A stretch of DNA of 64,000 nt from Mantamonas sphyraenae STR306 (lineage: Eukaryota > Protista > CRuMs). Below the pieces are notes generated by a model, which was not told where the DNA came from, searched no databases, and saw only the letters and a list, made by a program, of their open reading frames with translations. The position numbers and the translations under genes were made by a program. Position 1 is the stretch's first letter. Each line of letters begins with the position of its first letter. This document shows positions 24,836-36,332 of this stretch, in pieces. The stretch spans positions 124,001-188,000 of the forward strand of contig JAPMXV010000004.1 in the NCBI GenBank assembly GCA_026936335.1. Reading direction: 5' to 3'.

Positions 24836-25717
24836 ATGTCTACAGGTGAAGCAAGCACAGGGGTGCACACAGACGCGCATGGCATGGAGTTTGTGCGCGT
24901 GGTGAGTGAGGACGAGAGTACGGTTGCAGAAGTGTACCTGCATGGGGCGACGGTGACGCGGTGGGCTGTGGGCAAGCGCGAATTGCTGTTCTGCAGCAGC
25001 GAGGCTGTGTACGACGGCCAAAAGGCCATCCGAGGCGGCGTGCCTGTGGTGTATCCGCAGTTTGGGCCGACAGGACCCATGAAACAGCACGGCTTTGCGC
25101 GAGTGTCGCCATGGACGGTGGCGTCGGTGTCGGAGGCAGGCGACAGTGTTGCGCTGCAGCTGGTGCCGCAGGAGTGCAGTGTGACGCAGGAGGAGGAGTT
25201 CAAGTGGGACAACAAGGAGGTGTTGACGTACCGTGTTCAGGTGGACAACAGTGGGGCACTGACGACGTCGCTGGAGGTGGACAACCGTGCAGGCGAGGCT
25301 GCATACACGTTTACATGTGCACTGCACACGTACTTTGCCGTGGGTGACGTGCGCAACATGCAAGTGCTGGGTTTGCACAAGCTCACCTTTCTGGACCAGC
25401 TGACAGGCCAGGAGGCGGTGCAGGAAGAGGAGGCGGTGACGATTGAGGAGGAGGTGGACCGCATCTACCGCGACGTGGCAGGACAGGTGGAGCTGCGCAA
25501 CACAAAGGATGGCTGGAGCTTCACCGTGGACAGCACCTTTGCCGACATGGTGGTGTGGAATCCCTGGGTGGACAAGGCTGCGCGCATGGGCGACTTTGGC
25601 GACGACGAGTGGCCGCAGATGCTCTGTGCCGAGGTGGCGCAGGTGAACACGCCGGTGGAGGTGGAAGCAGGCGCCACGTGGACAGGCCAGCAGGTGTTGA
25701 CATGGCAAAGCGAGTGA
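24836..25717 (+). CDS. Glucose-6-phosphate 1-epimerase (aldose 1-epimerase family)
   Basis: HGATVTRW, AIRGGVPVVYPQFG, QHGFAR, ALHTYF, EVDRIY, VVWNPW and MLCAE motifs. Confidence 0.92.
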   Translation: MSTGEASTGVHTDAHGMEFVRVVSEDESTVAEVYLHGATVTRWAVGKRELLFCSSEAVYDGQKAIRGGVPVVYPQFGPTGPMKQHGFARVSPWTVASVSEAGDSVALQLVPQECSVTQEEEFKWDNKEVLTYRVQVDNSGALTTSLEVDNRAGEAAYTFTCALHTYFAVGDVRNMQVLGLHKLTFLDQLTGQEAVQEEEAVTIEEEVDRIYRDVAGQVELRNTKDGWSFTVDSTFADMVVWNPWVDKAARMGDFGDDEWPQMLCAEVAQVNTPVEVEAGATWTGQQVLTWQSE

Positions 25718-25760
25718 CAAAAATCCCTGGAATGTAAAACGGGCTGTTGTTGTGTTGTTT

Positions 25761-26948
25761 TTAACCCACCACAAGGGTGGTATCGTCGCTGTACTTGTGC
25801 TCGGGCACCTCCAGGTTGTACGGGGCCGGGCCCTTGCGGATGCGTCCGGAAATGTCGTAATGGGAACCGTGGCAGGGGCAGAACCAGCCGCCGTACTCTC
25901 CCTGGCCATCGAGGGGCACACAGCCCAGATGGGTGCACACACCGAGGAGGACAAGGTACTCCGGGTTGACGGCACGCTCGTCGTCGGTCTCCTGGTGACG
26001 CAGATCGCTCAGAGGCACGCTGCGAGCCTCTTCGATCTCCTCGCCCGTGCGATGGCGAATGAACAGAGGCTTGCCACGCCACTTGAGGATGGTGGTGGTG
26101 CCCTGTGGAGTCGCACACAGTGTGCGTGTGAGCAATGGGCAGCATGGAAGCGGGTGATGGGCAATTGGGACGGCCTGTGCAAGGCAGAAGGGTGGCAAAG
26201 GGAGACGGGCTTCGCATTGGGGCGCTGGAGGAAAAAGCGGCGAGCTGAAACGACAAAAACGTACCTCGGGAATAGTGTTGAGGTCGACCTCGATGGAGGC
26301 CAAGGCGAGGACATCTGCGGAGGCACTCATGGTGCTGACAAAGTCGGTGACGATGGATTTGATGGAAGAGGCGTAGAGGAAGGAGCCAGAGGCGAGCATA
26401 AGGTAGGCGAAGGAGCGGCGAGTGAGGTCACCGTCGCGCTTCGGCGACTCCTGGTAGCGCTTCTCGATGTCCGGGAACTTGGGCAGCAGAACGGTGTCCT
26501 GAGCATAGCCACGGCTGTCGGCTGTGGGCATGGAACCGGCGCAGGCGTGTGTGTGGACAGCGTGAGCGCGTGTCGGAGATGGAGGCGAGCGGCAGAGGGT
26601 TTTCCGCATTTCGTCGGCGGCGCAAGCGACGGTGGGCCAAGTTGGAGCATGCAGAGGGGGACAAAGCGGTGCGTGGGGAAGAGATGCAGGAGGAGGATTG
26701 GCGCACGTGCGTGTGGGCGGTGTTGTGTGTGTGTGTGTGCGTGTGTGTGTGGGAGCGGGGCGGTGCAAGCGAGAGCTTTTTCGCGCCGTGCGGCAAGGTT
26801 TGCCAAAGGGGCGTTGGTGTGGCGGGGACGTACAGCTGGTGGAGGGCACCAGACTGCTGGAGACAGAGGTCTCGGACAGCTGGGAGAGAGCAGGCACAAG
26901 CATGCTGCGCACAGGCGTCGACGTCTTGCGGATCTGGCGAGAGAACAT
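25761..26948 (-). CDS. UQCRFS1: Cytochrome bc1 Rieske iron-sulfur subunit, 3 exons (26948-26834, 26521-26265, 26102-25761)
   Basis: CTHLGC and CPCHGSHYD Rieske motifs, [10 protein letters not shown]-terminal mitochondrial presequence. Confidence 0.97.
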   Translation of the reverse strand: MFSRQIRKTSTPVRSMLVPALSQLSETSVSSSLVPSTSCTSPPHQRPFGKPCRTARKSSRLHRPAPTHTRTHTHTTPPTRTCANPPPASLPHAPLCPPLHAPTWPTVACAADEMRKTLCRSPPSPTRAHAVHTHACAGSMPTADSRGYAQDTVLLPKFPDIEKRYQESPKRDGDLTRRSFAYLMLASGSFLYASSIKSIVTDFVSTMSASADVLALASIEVDLNTIPEVRFCRFSSPLFPPAPQCEARLPLPPFCLAQAVPIAHHPLPCCPLLTRTLCATPQGTTTILKWRGKPLFIRHRTGEEIEEARSVPLSDLRHQETDDERAVNPEYLVLLGVCTHLGCVPLDGQGEYGGWFCPCHGSHYDISGRIRKGPAPYNLEVPEHKYSDDTTLVVG

Positions 26949-27029
26949 TTCGGGCGGGTTCTTTTGGCGTTGAGCTGCGGCGGCTGACGCTGCGCGAGGC
27001 TGCCCATCGAAAACCAACAACAGAACCAG

Positions 27030-28266
27030 ATGCCGCTGCAAGCACCCATTATTATCGACGGACGTGGACACATCCTGGGCCGCCTGGCTTCCATTGTGGC
27101 CAAGGAGCTGCTCCAGGGTCAGAAGGTGGTACGTTGTGGCCCACGGAGGAGAGTGAGCGAGAGAACCGCCCATTGGCAGGCGCCGCCACAGCAGGCAACA
27201 CACACACACACGTCACATGGAGGACACATGCACACACACACACATGCGTTTGGCCCAGGCGAGGCATGCAACTGCACGCTGGATGCCCATGGGACGCAGC
27301 AGGAGGCGGCAAGTGGGCGCAGCCAAAAAGCGCATGCCGGCGGCCCTCTCGTAGGCTTGCTTCAGGGCTGCGCGGACCCATTGGCGGCCCCGCTGCATGC
27401 AGACATGCATGTGTGCATGCAAACAGAAGGGATGCGCGGCGTCGTGTGTGTGTGTGTCCTCTGTGTGGCCGCTGTGTGCTTGAGTGGGTGCAGAAAAACT
27501 CGCATGCAAAAATGCGTGTGGCCGCTGCCTGGCCACGTTTGAGGCTGGGACGAACGTATGCGAGGCGCGCGAGACACAACACAGGCTAACATGGATGTGC
27601 GCATCCCCACAGGTGATCGTGCGCTGCGAGGAGATTGTGCAGACGGGCAAGTTCATCCGTAACAAGCGTAAGTTGTGGCAAAGAGCGAGGCTGAATTGTT
27701 TGAGCCGCTTTCGATTTACCCGCAGCCACTCACACACACACGTACACACACACACACCATGGGTATGTGTTGGCTCCCCTCTCCAACCCCTCTTGCCTCT
27801 CCTTGTCGCTGGATGCACAGTCAAGTACATGACCTTCATGCGCAAGAAGACCAACACGAACCACACCCACGGTCCGTTCCACTTCCGCGCCCCGTCGCGC
27901 ATCTTCTGGCGCACGGTGCGTGGCATGATCCCGCACAAGACGTCGCGTGGAGCCGCCGCGATGGCCCGCCTGACGTGCCTGGACGGCATCCCGGCACCCT
28001 ACGACAAGAAGAAGCGTATGGTCTGCCCCGAGGCTCTGGCCGTGCTGCGCCTGACCCCGCACCGCAAGACCACCCAGCTGGGCCGTCTGTCGCACGAGGT
28101 TGGCTGGAAGTACTTTGACATTGTCAAGACCCTGGAGGCCAAGCGCAAGGCTCGCTCTGCCGAGTACTACAACCAGAAGAAGGCCCTGGCTCGCAAGTAC
28201 TCCCAGGCCAAGCAGGAGGCTGGTGTCGATGCCCTCAACCAGGAGCTGGCCCAGTACGGCTACTGA
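27030..28266 (+). CDS. RPL13A: 60S ribosomal protein uL13 (L13a), 3 exons
   Basis: [32 protein letters not shown] and [24 protein letters not shown]. Confidence 0.97.
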
Positions 28267-28370
28267 ACGGTGTTGTGAGAGAGTCATCATCCAAAAACAA
28301 CCAACCATCTGTGAATCCCAATGTACTCGTCGTAGCACGATCATCATCCTCATCCTACTCACTGCGTCGC

Positions 28371-29465
28371 TCACGCGCTGTCGTCGCTGTCCACACTCAT
28401 GAGCGGCACGGCCGAATAGACGCCGCGTCCGTCGACGTGTCGCACCTGTGGGCTGCTCATGTTGGGCGAGGTGAAGCCCGGATTGGGAGCCTGGCCGCCT
28501 CTTGACGTGGCAGCCGCGGCAGACGCGTGTGCTTCTTGCCTGCGCTTGAGTACATTCTGGGCCACCAGCGAGCGCACGGGCTTGTCACCTGTATGAACAC
28601 CGGCAGAGGAGGAGGAGGAGGAGGAGGAGGAGGAGGAGGAGGAGGTGCCGCGTGGTTTCCTGGTGGTGGAGGCAACGCCGGCGCGTGTGCGCCTGGAATC
28701 GCGTGCACCTCCAGGGACGCGTGAACCCGTGGTGGGACTGGCAGGGCGTGTGGCCATGTAAACGAGGATGGCCACGATGGCAAAGAACACAAAGAGGACG
28801 AGGAACGGGTTGAGTTCGGCGTCCTGTGCGCGAATGACCTGGCCGGGGCACAAGCGCACGGTGTACCAGCGGAACACGGCGCTGCAGTTGCTGTCCTGAC
28901 GCAACAGTTGCAAGTAGCCATGCCCATGGCCCCGGGGCGACGTGTCGCACGCATACTCGACACGTGTGTTCCAAGAGGCGCGACCGACGGCAAACGGGCA
29001 GTTGGGGCTGGTGTACTGTTGCACCAGGCGACCCTGATCGAACCAACTGCGCCGTGTGAGCTCATTGCCCAGTGACACGCACTTGGAATGGCCACTGATG
29101 CCGTGGAAGCAGGCACACACGCTGACAGCCGCGCCTTCAAGCTGTGCGTTGCACTCGCGGCCCAACACCTGGCCGCATGGGTTGAAGTGGAAGCGCACCG
29201 AGCCTGCGTGCTCCTTGCCCTCCCACACCGCATCCTTTCCAAAGTGTCTGCTGGCCAGTGGGCTGATATCTGCCAACACTTCGCCGTTGTCAAACACACA
29301 CTCGCCCTCTGTGTTGCTCCTGTACATCTCCTTGTCGTCCACAGCCATTGCCAGCGCCACCAACGCCATCCATATCATCACTGGTAGGACCAGGCCACGT
29401 GTCCTCCTGCTGTTGCTGCGGGTGTTTTTGTTGTTGTTGCTGCTGCTGCTGCTGCCTGGACTCAT
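28371..29465 (-). CDS. Type I membrane protein with an MRH (mannose-6-phosphate receptor homology)/ATG27-like domain
   Basis: Signal-like helix, FHFNPCG, TRVEYACD, CSAVFRWYTVRLCP, one TM helix and a cytosolic tail with YSAV. Confidence 0.7.
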   Translation of the reverse strand: MSPGSSSSSNNNKNTRSNSRRTRGLVLPVMIWMALVALAMAVDDKEMYRSNTEGECVFDNGEVLADISPLASRHFGKDAVWEGKEHAGSVRFHFNPCGQVLGRECNAQLEGAAVSVCACFHGISGHSKCVSLGNELTRRSWFDQGRLVQQYTSPNCPFAVGRASWNTRVEYACDTSPRGHGHGYLQLLRQDSNCSAVFRWYTVRLCPGQVIRAQDAELNPFLVLFVFFAIVAILVYMATRPASPTTGSRVPGGARDSRRTRAGVASTTRKPRGTSSSSSSSSSSSSSAGVHTGDKPVRSLVAQNVLKRRQEAHASAAAATSRGGQAPNPGFTSPNMSSPQVRHVDGRGVYSAVPLMSVDSDDSA

Positions 29466-29540
29466 GTGCGAGCAGAGCCGTGGTGTTGGGATGGGTGTGC
29501 GAGGGCGCAGCGGGTGCCAACGAGAACAACACACTTGGCA

Positions 29541-30416
29541 ATGAGTGTGGTGGAACAGGCAGACACAGAGCACGCACCCACAGGCGAGTTCCTGGAGGAG
29601 GATGAGGTGGCCAAGTACAAGAAGAAGTGGGCGGAGCTGCAGACGGAGCTTGCGCAGCAGGTGGTGGACACAGACACCCATCCGTGGATTATTGTGGACA
29701 GGGACGGAGGCACATCGAACGAGACGGCAGAGGAGGCAGAGAGGGCAGAGGGAGGAGCGGAGGACGAGGAGGAGGACGCTGTGACGTTGACTTTGGTGGG
29801 CGGAGTGGACATCAGCTTTGTCAAGGAGAGCACCGATGCTGTGGCAGCGTACGTGGTGTTGTCTTACCCCGAACTGGAAGTAGTGTATGAGGCATACGAA
29901 CAGGTGCAGCTGACCCTGCCGTACATCAGCGGCTACCTGGCGTTCCGGGAGTGTGGCTTTCTGGTGGATCTGGTTCGTGCACAGCGCGAGTCGCAGCCGG
30001 AATTGACGCCGCAAATGATCATGGTGGACGGCAACGGCGTGCTGCATCCGCGTCGTCTCGGGTTGGCCTCGCAAATGGGTGTGTATCTGGACATGCCCAC
30101 GCTGGGTGTGGCCAAGTCGTTTCTGCAGGTCGATGGCATGGGTGTCAAGAGCATCCGTGCCGCGTGGACCAAATCATACGAGGAGGGAAACACACAGATG
30201 CCTCTGGTGGGCAAATCGGGCACCACACACGGCATGGCGGTGTGTTCCAGCACCTCACGTGTGCCCACCTTCATCTCCCAGGGCCACCTCATGTCCCTGG
30301 ACACTGCCGTCCGCGCCGTCCAACAGTGCAGTTTGCATCGCATCCCGGAACCCGTGCGCCAGGCCGATCTGCGATCTCGTGACTACGTGCGGAAGCACTT
30401 TCCTGACTCGGGATGA
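29541..30416 (+). CDS. ENDOV: Endonuclease V
   Basis: VGGVDISF, PYISGYLAFRE, IMVDGNGVLHPR, GVAKS and RIPEPVRQAD. Confidence 0.95.
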   Translation: MSVVEQADTEHAPTGEFLEEDEVAKYKKKWAELQTELAQQVVDTDTHPWIIVDRDGGTSNETAEEAERAEGGAEDEEEDAVTLTLVGGVDISFVKESTDAVAAYVVLSYPELEVVYEAYEQVQLTLPYISGYLAFRECGFLVDLVRAQRESQPELTPQMIMVDGNGVLHPRRLGLASQMGVYLDMPTLGVAKSFLQVDGMGVKSIRAAWTKSYEEGNTQMPLVGKSGTTHGMAVCSSTSRVPTFISQGHLMSLDTAVRAVQQCSLHRIPEPVRQADLRSRDYVRKHFPDSG

Positions 30417-30547
30417 TGCTGCTGCTGCCTCCACATTGCAATGAAGACGTGTCAAAGTCGCCACGACGTGTGTCTGTGTGTGCTCTGGGTAACGAGTTGG
30501 GCGCGTTGCCCGTGTGCGCCGCTGGGGTGTCCAACACAACGAAGCGG

Positions 30548-33001
30548 ATGACATCCAAGGGTCCAGCGGAGCTGTTTGCGGAGGCACTGGTGCGCGAGTT
30601 TCTCACGCGCCAGGGCTACTCCCAGACACTGGAGATGTTTGAGATGGAAAACGTGCGTTGGGGGATGGAGTGTGGGCGTGATTGTGTGCCTGTTCTGAGT
30701 GTGCGTGGGTGTGGAATGGCTGGACTAACACAGTGTCCGAAAATCTGTGCGACGACCCTGAATGGGTGCCTGGGCAACGCTGTGCAGCCGCGCGACAGCA
30801 ACACGATCAACACAAAGAGTGCGCTGGTCAAGGGATTGCACCTGGAACGCCCTGTGAAGAAGAACAAGGACAAGGAGGACGGTAAGGGGGCGCAGGGGCT
30901 CTTGTGTGAGCAGTGGGCGTTTTGGCGCGGGAGAACGTGCTTTGGCCGCGCAAACACACACACACAGCGACGCGCTGACACACGTCACCGGAACATGGCC
31001 CATGGACGCACGCGCGCACACACATACAAACACACAGGAGAGAAGCTGGGATCTGTGTTGGAGGTGGCATGCCAGTATCTGGCGTCGGGCAAACGGCCAG
31101 GGTCGGCGCGGCCGAAAACTGCCAACAAGCAGAGCAGCGGCAGCGGCAGCAGCAGCAAACGGGCGGGCACAAGCTCAGGCGCACGTGGCACAGATCACCA
31201 TGTGCCAGATTACACGGTTGGAGGCATGGAGGGCGTGGGTGACGGTAGAGGCGTGTCTGTGTCGAGCACACCGCACGTGAGTGTGTTTGACCAAGACGAG
31301 GATCTGTCGCCCAACGATTTTAAGCGGGACGGCGGCAGGGGTGGCAGGAGTGGCACCACGGCAGGGAGGACATACGCAGGGACAGGCTACGGATCGTCAT
31401 CCACGTCATCGACAGCGTACGGTCGATCGCAGCCGTACGTGAGCGGCGGGACGCTGCACGCGTCAGTGGTGGATGCAGAAATCACACCGCAGGATCGGTT
31501 CAACGAACATAGCCACACGCGAGGTGGCGGAGGAGGTGGTGGAGGCGGTGCGGGTGGACGTTCGTATGGAGGACGATCGCCAAACGACGCGTACGAGGAC
31601 GATACGGGCGGGCGGCGCAGCGGGTCGGGCTTGTCGCACTCCAGTTCGGGCGATTGGACACGTCCGTCGCCGCCATCAAGCACATCGCCAGACGTGTCGT
31701 TTTCGGGGCGGCCGGGCTCGAGGAGAGTGAGGCAGCAGATGGCATCTGTCACGGCGTCGTCGGCGTCGTCGGTATCGTCGAACGACTCGATGGATGGCAT
31801 GGGTGTGCCACCACGACCCACGTCGCGCCAGGGATTCCTGGAGCTGGAGGATGTGGAGGACTTTGACGACGACTTTGAGTATGATTTTGACAAAAGGCAC
31901 CGGGGCGTAGGCGGAAGCAGCAGCGGGTTGGGAGGTGGAGGCGGCATGTTGGATCAAGATGTGCCGTGGCGGTCGTTGGACGAAGATGAGATTGCAGGGG
32001 TGCGGCAGTTGCTGTTTGGGCGCTCGAGCGGCAGCCGCAGCAAGTTCAACGGCGAGTGGAGACAGGGATTCTACTTTAGCGAACACGAGGCGCTGCGATA
32101 CGGCCTGGTACAGAACAAAGGAGGGCCGTGTGGGGTGTTGGCAAGCGTGCAGGCGTTCATCCTGCAACAGCTGCTGTTTGCAGGCGAGGAACCGAACCTG
32201 TCGCCGAGCGACGAGGAGCGCAACGAGGCGCTGTTGAAGGCACTGTGTGACATTGTGTGGCGTGCAGGTGCGGAACAGGGACGATGCCAGCTGGCGGTGC
32301 TGGAAGCGGAGGCACTGGCGGAGGGCAAGTGCAGCCATGCGTTCAAGCCCGTGCTGGACCACGTGAGGGTGTATGAGGCGGACACGTTTGACACGCTGAG
32401 CCAACTCATGCAACACTATCGGGCGCAGTTTTGCCACCGCAAGGGGGTCGGTGTGCCGCTGCTTGTGTTTTCGGCCATCCTGTCGCGTGGCATCCACACT
32501 GTACAGGGAGACATGGATGCGCTGAACGGCGGCAAGCTGATGGGCGAGAATGGGTACTGCAGCCAGGAAATGATCAGTTTGCTGCTGTTGGGCAAGGCCA
32601 CGTCGCATGTGCACGACGGCCTGGTGCGCATGGATGACATGGAGCTGCAGGGCGTGGAGGCGCAGTCGAGCATCGGCTTCCTGTCTCTGTTTGAGGCGTT
32701 TGGCTACATGGAGGTGGGGGAAAACCTGAAAAGCCCCAAGTTTCCAATCTGGGTGGTGTGTTGTGAGTCACACTTCAGTGTGCTCTTTGCGCTGTCGTGG
32801 CCGTCGCGCTTTGCCTCTCAATTCGACGTGTATTACTACGACGAGCTGGCCAAACAGGACGAAGAGTACCGTCTGACCATGGAAGTGTCCTCCGACCAGG
32901 CGGTGCCGTTTGATGAGAAGGCGCCGCCGCTGGAGCTTGTATTCCGCACAAAGTGGCCCAACGCACACGTAAACTGGAACGGGCGGGATGTGCTGATGTG
33001 A
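30548..33001 (+). CDS. MINDY4: MINDY-family deubiquitinase (MINDY4/FAM188B-like), with introns near the 5' end
   Basis: GLVQNKGGPCGVLASVQA (catalytic Cys) and PIWVVCCESHFSVLF (catalytic His); N-terminal LVREFLTRQG helix typical of FAM188B. Confidence 0.85.
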   Translation: MTSKGPAELFAEALVREFLTRQGYSQTLEMFEMENVRWGMECGRDCVPVLSVRGCGMAGLTQCPKICATTLNGCLGNAVQPRDSNTINTKSALVKGLHLERPVKKNKDKEDGKGAQGLLCEQWAFWRGRTCFGRANTHTQRRADTRHRNMAHGRTRAHTYKHTGEKLGSVLEVACQYLASGKRPGSARPKTANKQSSGSGSSSKRAGTSSGARGTDHHVPDYTVGGMEGVGDGRGVSVSSTPHVSVFDQDEDLSPNDFKRDGGRGGRSGTTAGRTYAGTGYGSSSTSSTAYGRSQPYVSGGTLHASVVDAEITPQDRFNEHSHTRGGGGGGGGGAGGRSYGGRSPNDAYEDDTGGRRSGSGLSHSSSGDWTRPSPPSSTSPDVSFSGRPGSRRVRQQMASVTASSASSVSSNDSMDGMGVPPRPTSRQGFLELEDVEDFDDDFEYDFDKRHRGVGGSSSGLGGGGGMLDQDVPWRSLDEDEIAGVRQLLFGRSSGSRSKFNGEWRQGFYFSEHEALRYGLVQNKGGPCGVLASVQAFILQQLLFAGEEPNLSPSDEERNEALLKALCDIVWRAGAEQGRCQLAVLEAEALAEGKCSHAFKPVLDHVRVYEADTFDTLSQLMQHYRAQFCHRKGVGVPLLVFSAILSRGIHTVQGDMDALNGGKLMGENGYCSQEMISLLLLGKATSHVHDGLVRMDDMELQGVEAQSSIGFLSLFEAFGYMEVGENLKSPKFPIWVVCCESHFSVLFALSWPSRFASQFDVYYYDELAKQDEEYRLTMEVSSDQAVPFDEKAPPLELVFRTKWPNAHVNWNGRDVLM

Positions 33002-33101
33002 TGGTGGATGGTTGATGGAAGCGGCATGGATGGTGGAGCATGTGACTGTGTATTTTGGGTGGACAACGATGTTCACGCTGCTCTGAGCAACGAAAACCGA
33101 A

Positions 33102-36100
33102 ATGAAGGGGTCGTTTGCGGCGATGGTTGCGGTGCTGCTGGCGGTGACGTCATTGCTGTGTGGCGTGGAGGGCAAGGCAAAGACCGAGTTGCCGCACATT
33201 GCACCGTACCAGTTCCAATCGGTGATGGGCGAGCACGAAACACTGTGTGTGATGCTGTACCAGCCAGGAGAGGCGGAGGAGCAGACGCGGGCTGTGGAGT
33301 CGCTGTTGTCAAGGTATACGCGGCATAGAGACGTGGTGGGGTGACACGTGCTAGCCCATGCGCTGACACAGGGTGTATGTTTGTGTGTGCATCGACTCGC
33401 AGCTTTGCAGAAATGGAAGACCTGCGACGCATCGCGTGGGCGCGCGGCAACGTGGGCGAGCATCCTCAGTTCCGCTCGACGCTGCAGCCTGGCCAGAAGC
33501 TGCCGCTGCTGCGCTGCTACCACCAACACAGAGATGCACATGCAGGCGTACCGCGTGTACACACATACGATGATGACCTAAACTCGCTGTCTGTGCGCTC
33601 GTGGGTACAGGTACGTGGCTTGGGCCAGTGACGTGTGCGGAAGGAATGCGTTTTGCGCCGTTGCCTTTTGGGAAGCGCGCTTTCCTCACACACACACACA
33701 CGCACGGAACACACAACACACAGCACACGGTGCTGCACGGAGGCCACCGCACAAACGTACACATGCGCACGTTGACAACGTCTACGATGAAGCAATTGGG
33801 GGAAGGGCGTTCGAATCGAGGAGCTGTGATCCTGATCAGCGCGCAGGGTCTGCAGGACCAGCTGCTGCTGGAACGCTTCCAGACGGCAACAGGCACGTGG
33901 AAGGACCACTACGACGTGTATCACGTGGACGCCACCAAGAACAGGGAACTTCTGAACGGATTGCATGTTCGCAACGTGCCGTGTGTGGTGTACCACCCGC
34001 ATCCGGGGCGTCTTGCAGCGCTGGACCTGGAGCAGACGCGCACACAACGCGTGGAAGATGTGCCTGCGCTGGCACAATTGCAAACACTGCAGCCGCCGTC
34101 GCCGACGCTGGGTGAGCTGGAATTGGAGCTGTGGAAGCGTGCGCAGCGGGCTCGCTGTGCAGATGACCTTGTGTTTGAACAGGAAGTGCTGCGTGTGGAC
34201 AGGGAACACGAATTGGATGCGCATGGAGGAGATGCGGAGGAGGAGGAGGAGGAGGAGGGGCAGGGGCCACCTGGAGACAGGCGACGCCGTGTGCCCGACG
34301 TGGACTTTGTATGGTTCTACATGGGTGGCAACCTGTTGCGTGAGGGTGTGTTGCACCCGGATGCGCCCGAGCGTTTGCAAACGGACGACTTTGGACGCAC
34401 GTGTGAGTCGCTGCGCGAGCGAGTGCGCAGCGAAGACGAGGTACACATCGGCTGCTGGATGTTTGACGGCCAAACCCAGCCGGACATGCTGAACAAGTAC
34501 CTGCCGCGCAATGGGCTCGTGTCGGTGCCCTTTGTGGTGGCTGTGGTGCGCAATGGAAGCACGCAGGGCAAGCCGAAACTGGTGTACCAGAACGCAGACG
34601 GACCGCGCTCTGTGGACATGTTTATGGACGCAGTGGTGCAGGAGAACATGCCTGTGCCGTCGGCGGGGACGGAGGATGCATCGGGTGGACAAGTGGAGGA
34701 GGAGATGCTGTTGGATGAGGCGCAGGTGCTTCTGGAACACGATGCGCACACACAGCGACGCTACCAGGAGGAGTGGGTGGACTTTGTGTCGCGGGACCCG
34801 ACCACACTGTGTGTGGGAAAGGAGGAGGACGGGCAGGAGGAAGAGGAGGCGTATTGCAAGCTGGAGTTTGAACAGCTGGATCTGCATGGGCCGGCAGGGG
34901 TGCAGGGCACGCTGGCCGGGTTGCGACACAGCAACAATGTGCTTGTGGTGCTTGTGCGTCCCGATTGCACGTCGTGCGACTCGCTGCTGAACGTGCTGCG
35001 CTACCTGCACAAGGAGGTGGCAAAGGTGGCGGTGGTGCGGGTGGTCAATTGTACAGACGAGGCCTTGTGTGCGTCGGAGTTTGCGCACGGCGGCAGCAGC
35101 GGGTTTCCGACGCTGGTTATGTACCGGCGAGTGCTTGCACTTGCGCAGGAGCACACGTCGGGACGTGACGAGTGTCGCAGTCTGCTGGAACGCGGCACGG
35201 GTCCACGCGTGTTTCGGTACGCCAACATGCCATCGACAGTGTACGAGTGGGTGCACCACTTTGGCGAGTCGTCGGTGGTGGCCGTAAACAGACAGTTGCA
35301 GGACGCTCGGCATCAGGTGGCAAACGAGCCGCTGGCGGTGTACACGGACCCGGAGCTGGGCCAGCAGGCCATGCACGTGGAACCGAAACAGGTGCTGGCC
35401 AAAGTGGTGCGTGCCTCGCAGTACAAGGAGGGCAAGGCACCCAAGGGGTTGCCCTTTCAGTGCTTTGTGGCCCTTGCCGAACACTTTTTCCACGAGATCT
35501 CGTTTCTGGTGGAGGGAGTCCTGCAGAACAACCAAGGCTCGGGCTGGGCGCAGTACATGGACTTGGCCAACATGCCACACGCCCTGCTGGACGACATGAT
35601 TGTCACGGACATGGAGTTTGTGCGAGGTGACGGGTTCTCCTCGACGTTGCTGGACACCCAGCACAACCACAAGTCGATGGACGAACAACTGACGGCCCAC
35701 GAGCACTTCCAATCCGATCTGTTCACGGAGAAGCAAACGCGAGCGATGGTGCGCGAGCACGCGCGCCACGACCACAGGCACGCCAGTAGGCATCGCGAGG
35801 CCGAGGCGAAGCCGTGTGTGGAGGCGCCAAGCGCGTGTGTGCGCACGTTGCAGTGGTACCTGCGCTCGCACATGCGCGCGCTGTTGTCCATGGAGGACGA
35901 CGTGTCGATGACATCGCACAGTGGCGGCTTTGCAGATCCCGACGATCCGCTGCAGAAGTTGCCGCGTGTTTTGGTATTTGTGCACGCGGACAACCTGACA
36001 TCCACGTGCATGGCCAACATGATGGAGGTGGCCTGGAATGAGTACGACAGGGTGTCTATGGCCTACTGGAAGGTCGTCGGCGACAATGTGCACATGCTCA

Positions 36101-36303
36101 ACATGCTGCGTGAGAGCTCGCTTGCGGATTCAGAGAAGGTCACTCCTGCGCAGCTGCCAACAGCTGTTGCACTGCCCAACGCGGCACGTATGGACCGTGC
36201 ATCGCATATGCCCTTCTCTGCCGATGCATGCAATGGCTCTCAGCTGCGGGACTTTGTCAAGCAAGTGCACGTGGGTACAATGGGGCAAACAAAGTTTGGG
36301 TAA
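33102..36303 (+). CDS. Secretory-pathway protein with several thioredoxin-like folds (PDI-like), multi-exon
   Basis: Signal peptide; repeated Trx-fold features (VRNVPCVVY, SVPFVV..YQNADGPRS, SGFPTLVMY, LPTAVAL); one CxxC (DCTSC). Confidence 0.6.
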
Positions 36304-36332
36304 GTTCGGTGTGGTGTGTTTTTGGGCCAGAC

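Noticed and set aside
27128-27820. Intronic C/D snoRNAs in RPL13A (as in vertebrates)
   Set aside because: No RUGAUGA box paired with CUGA was found in either intron.
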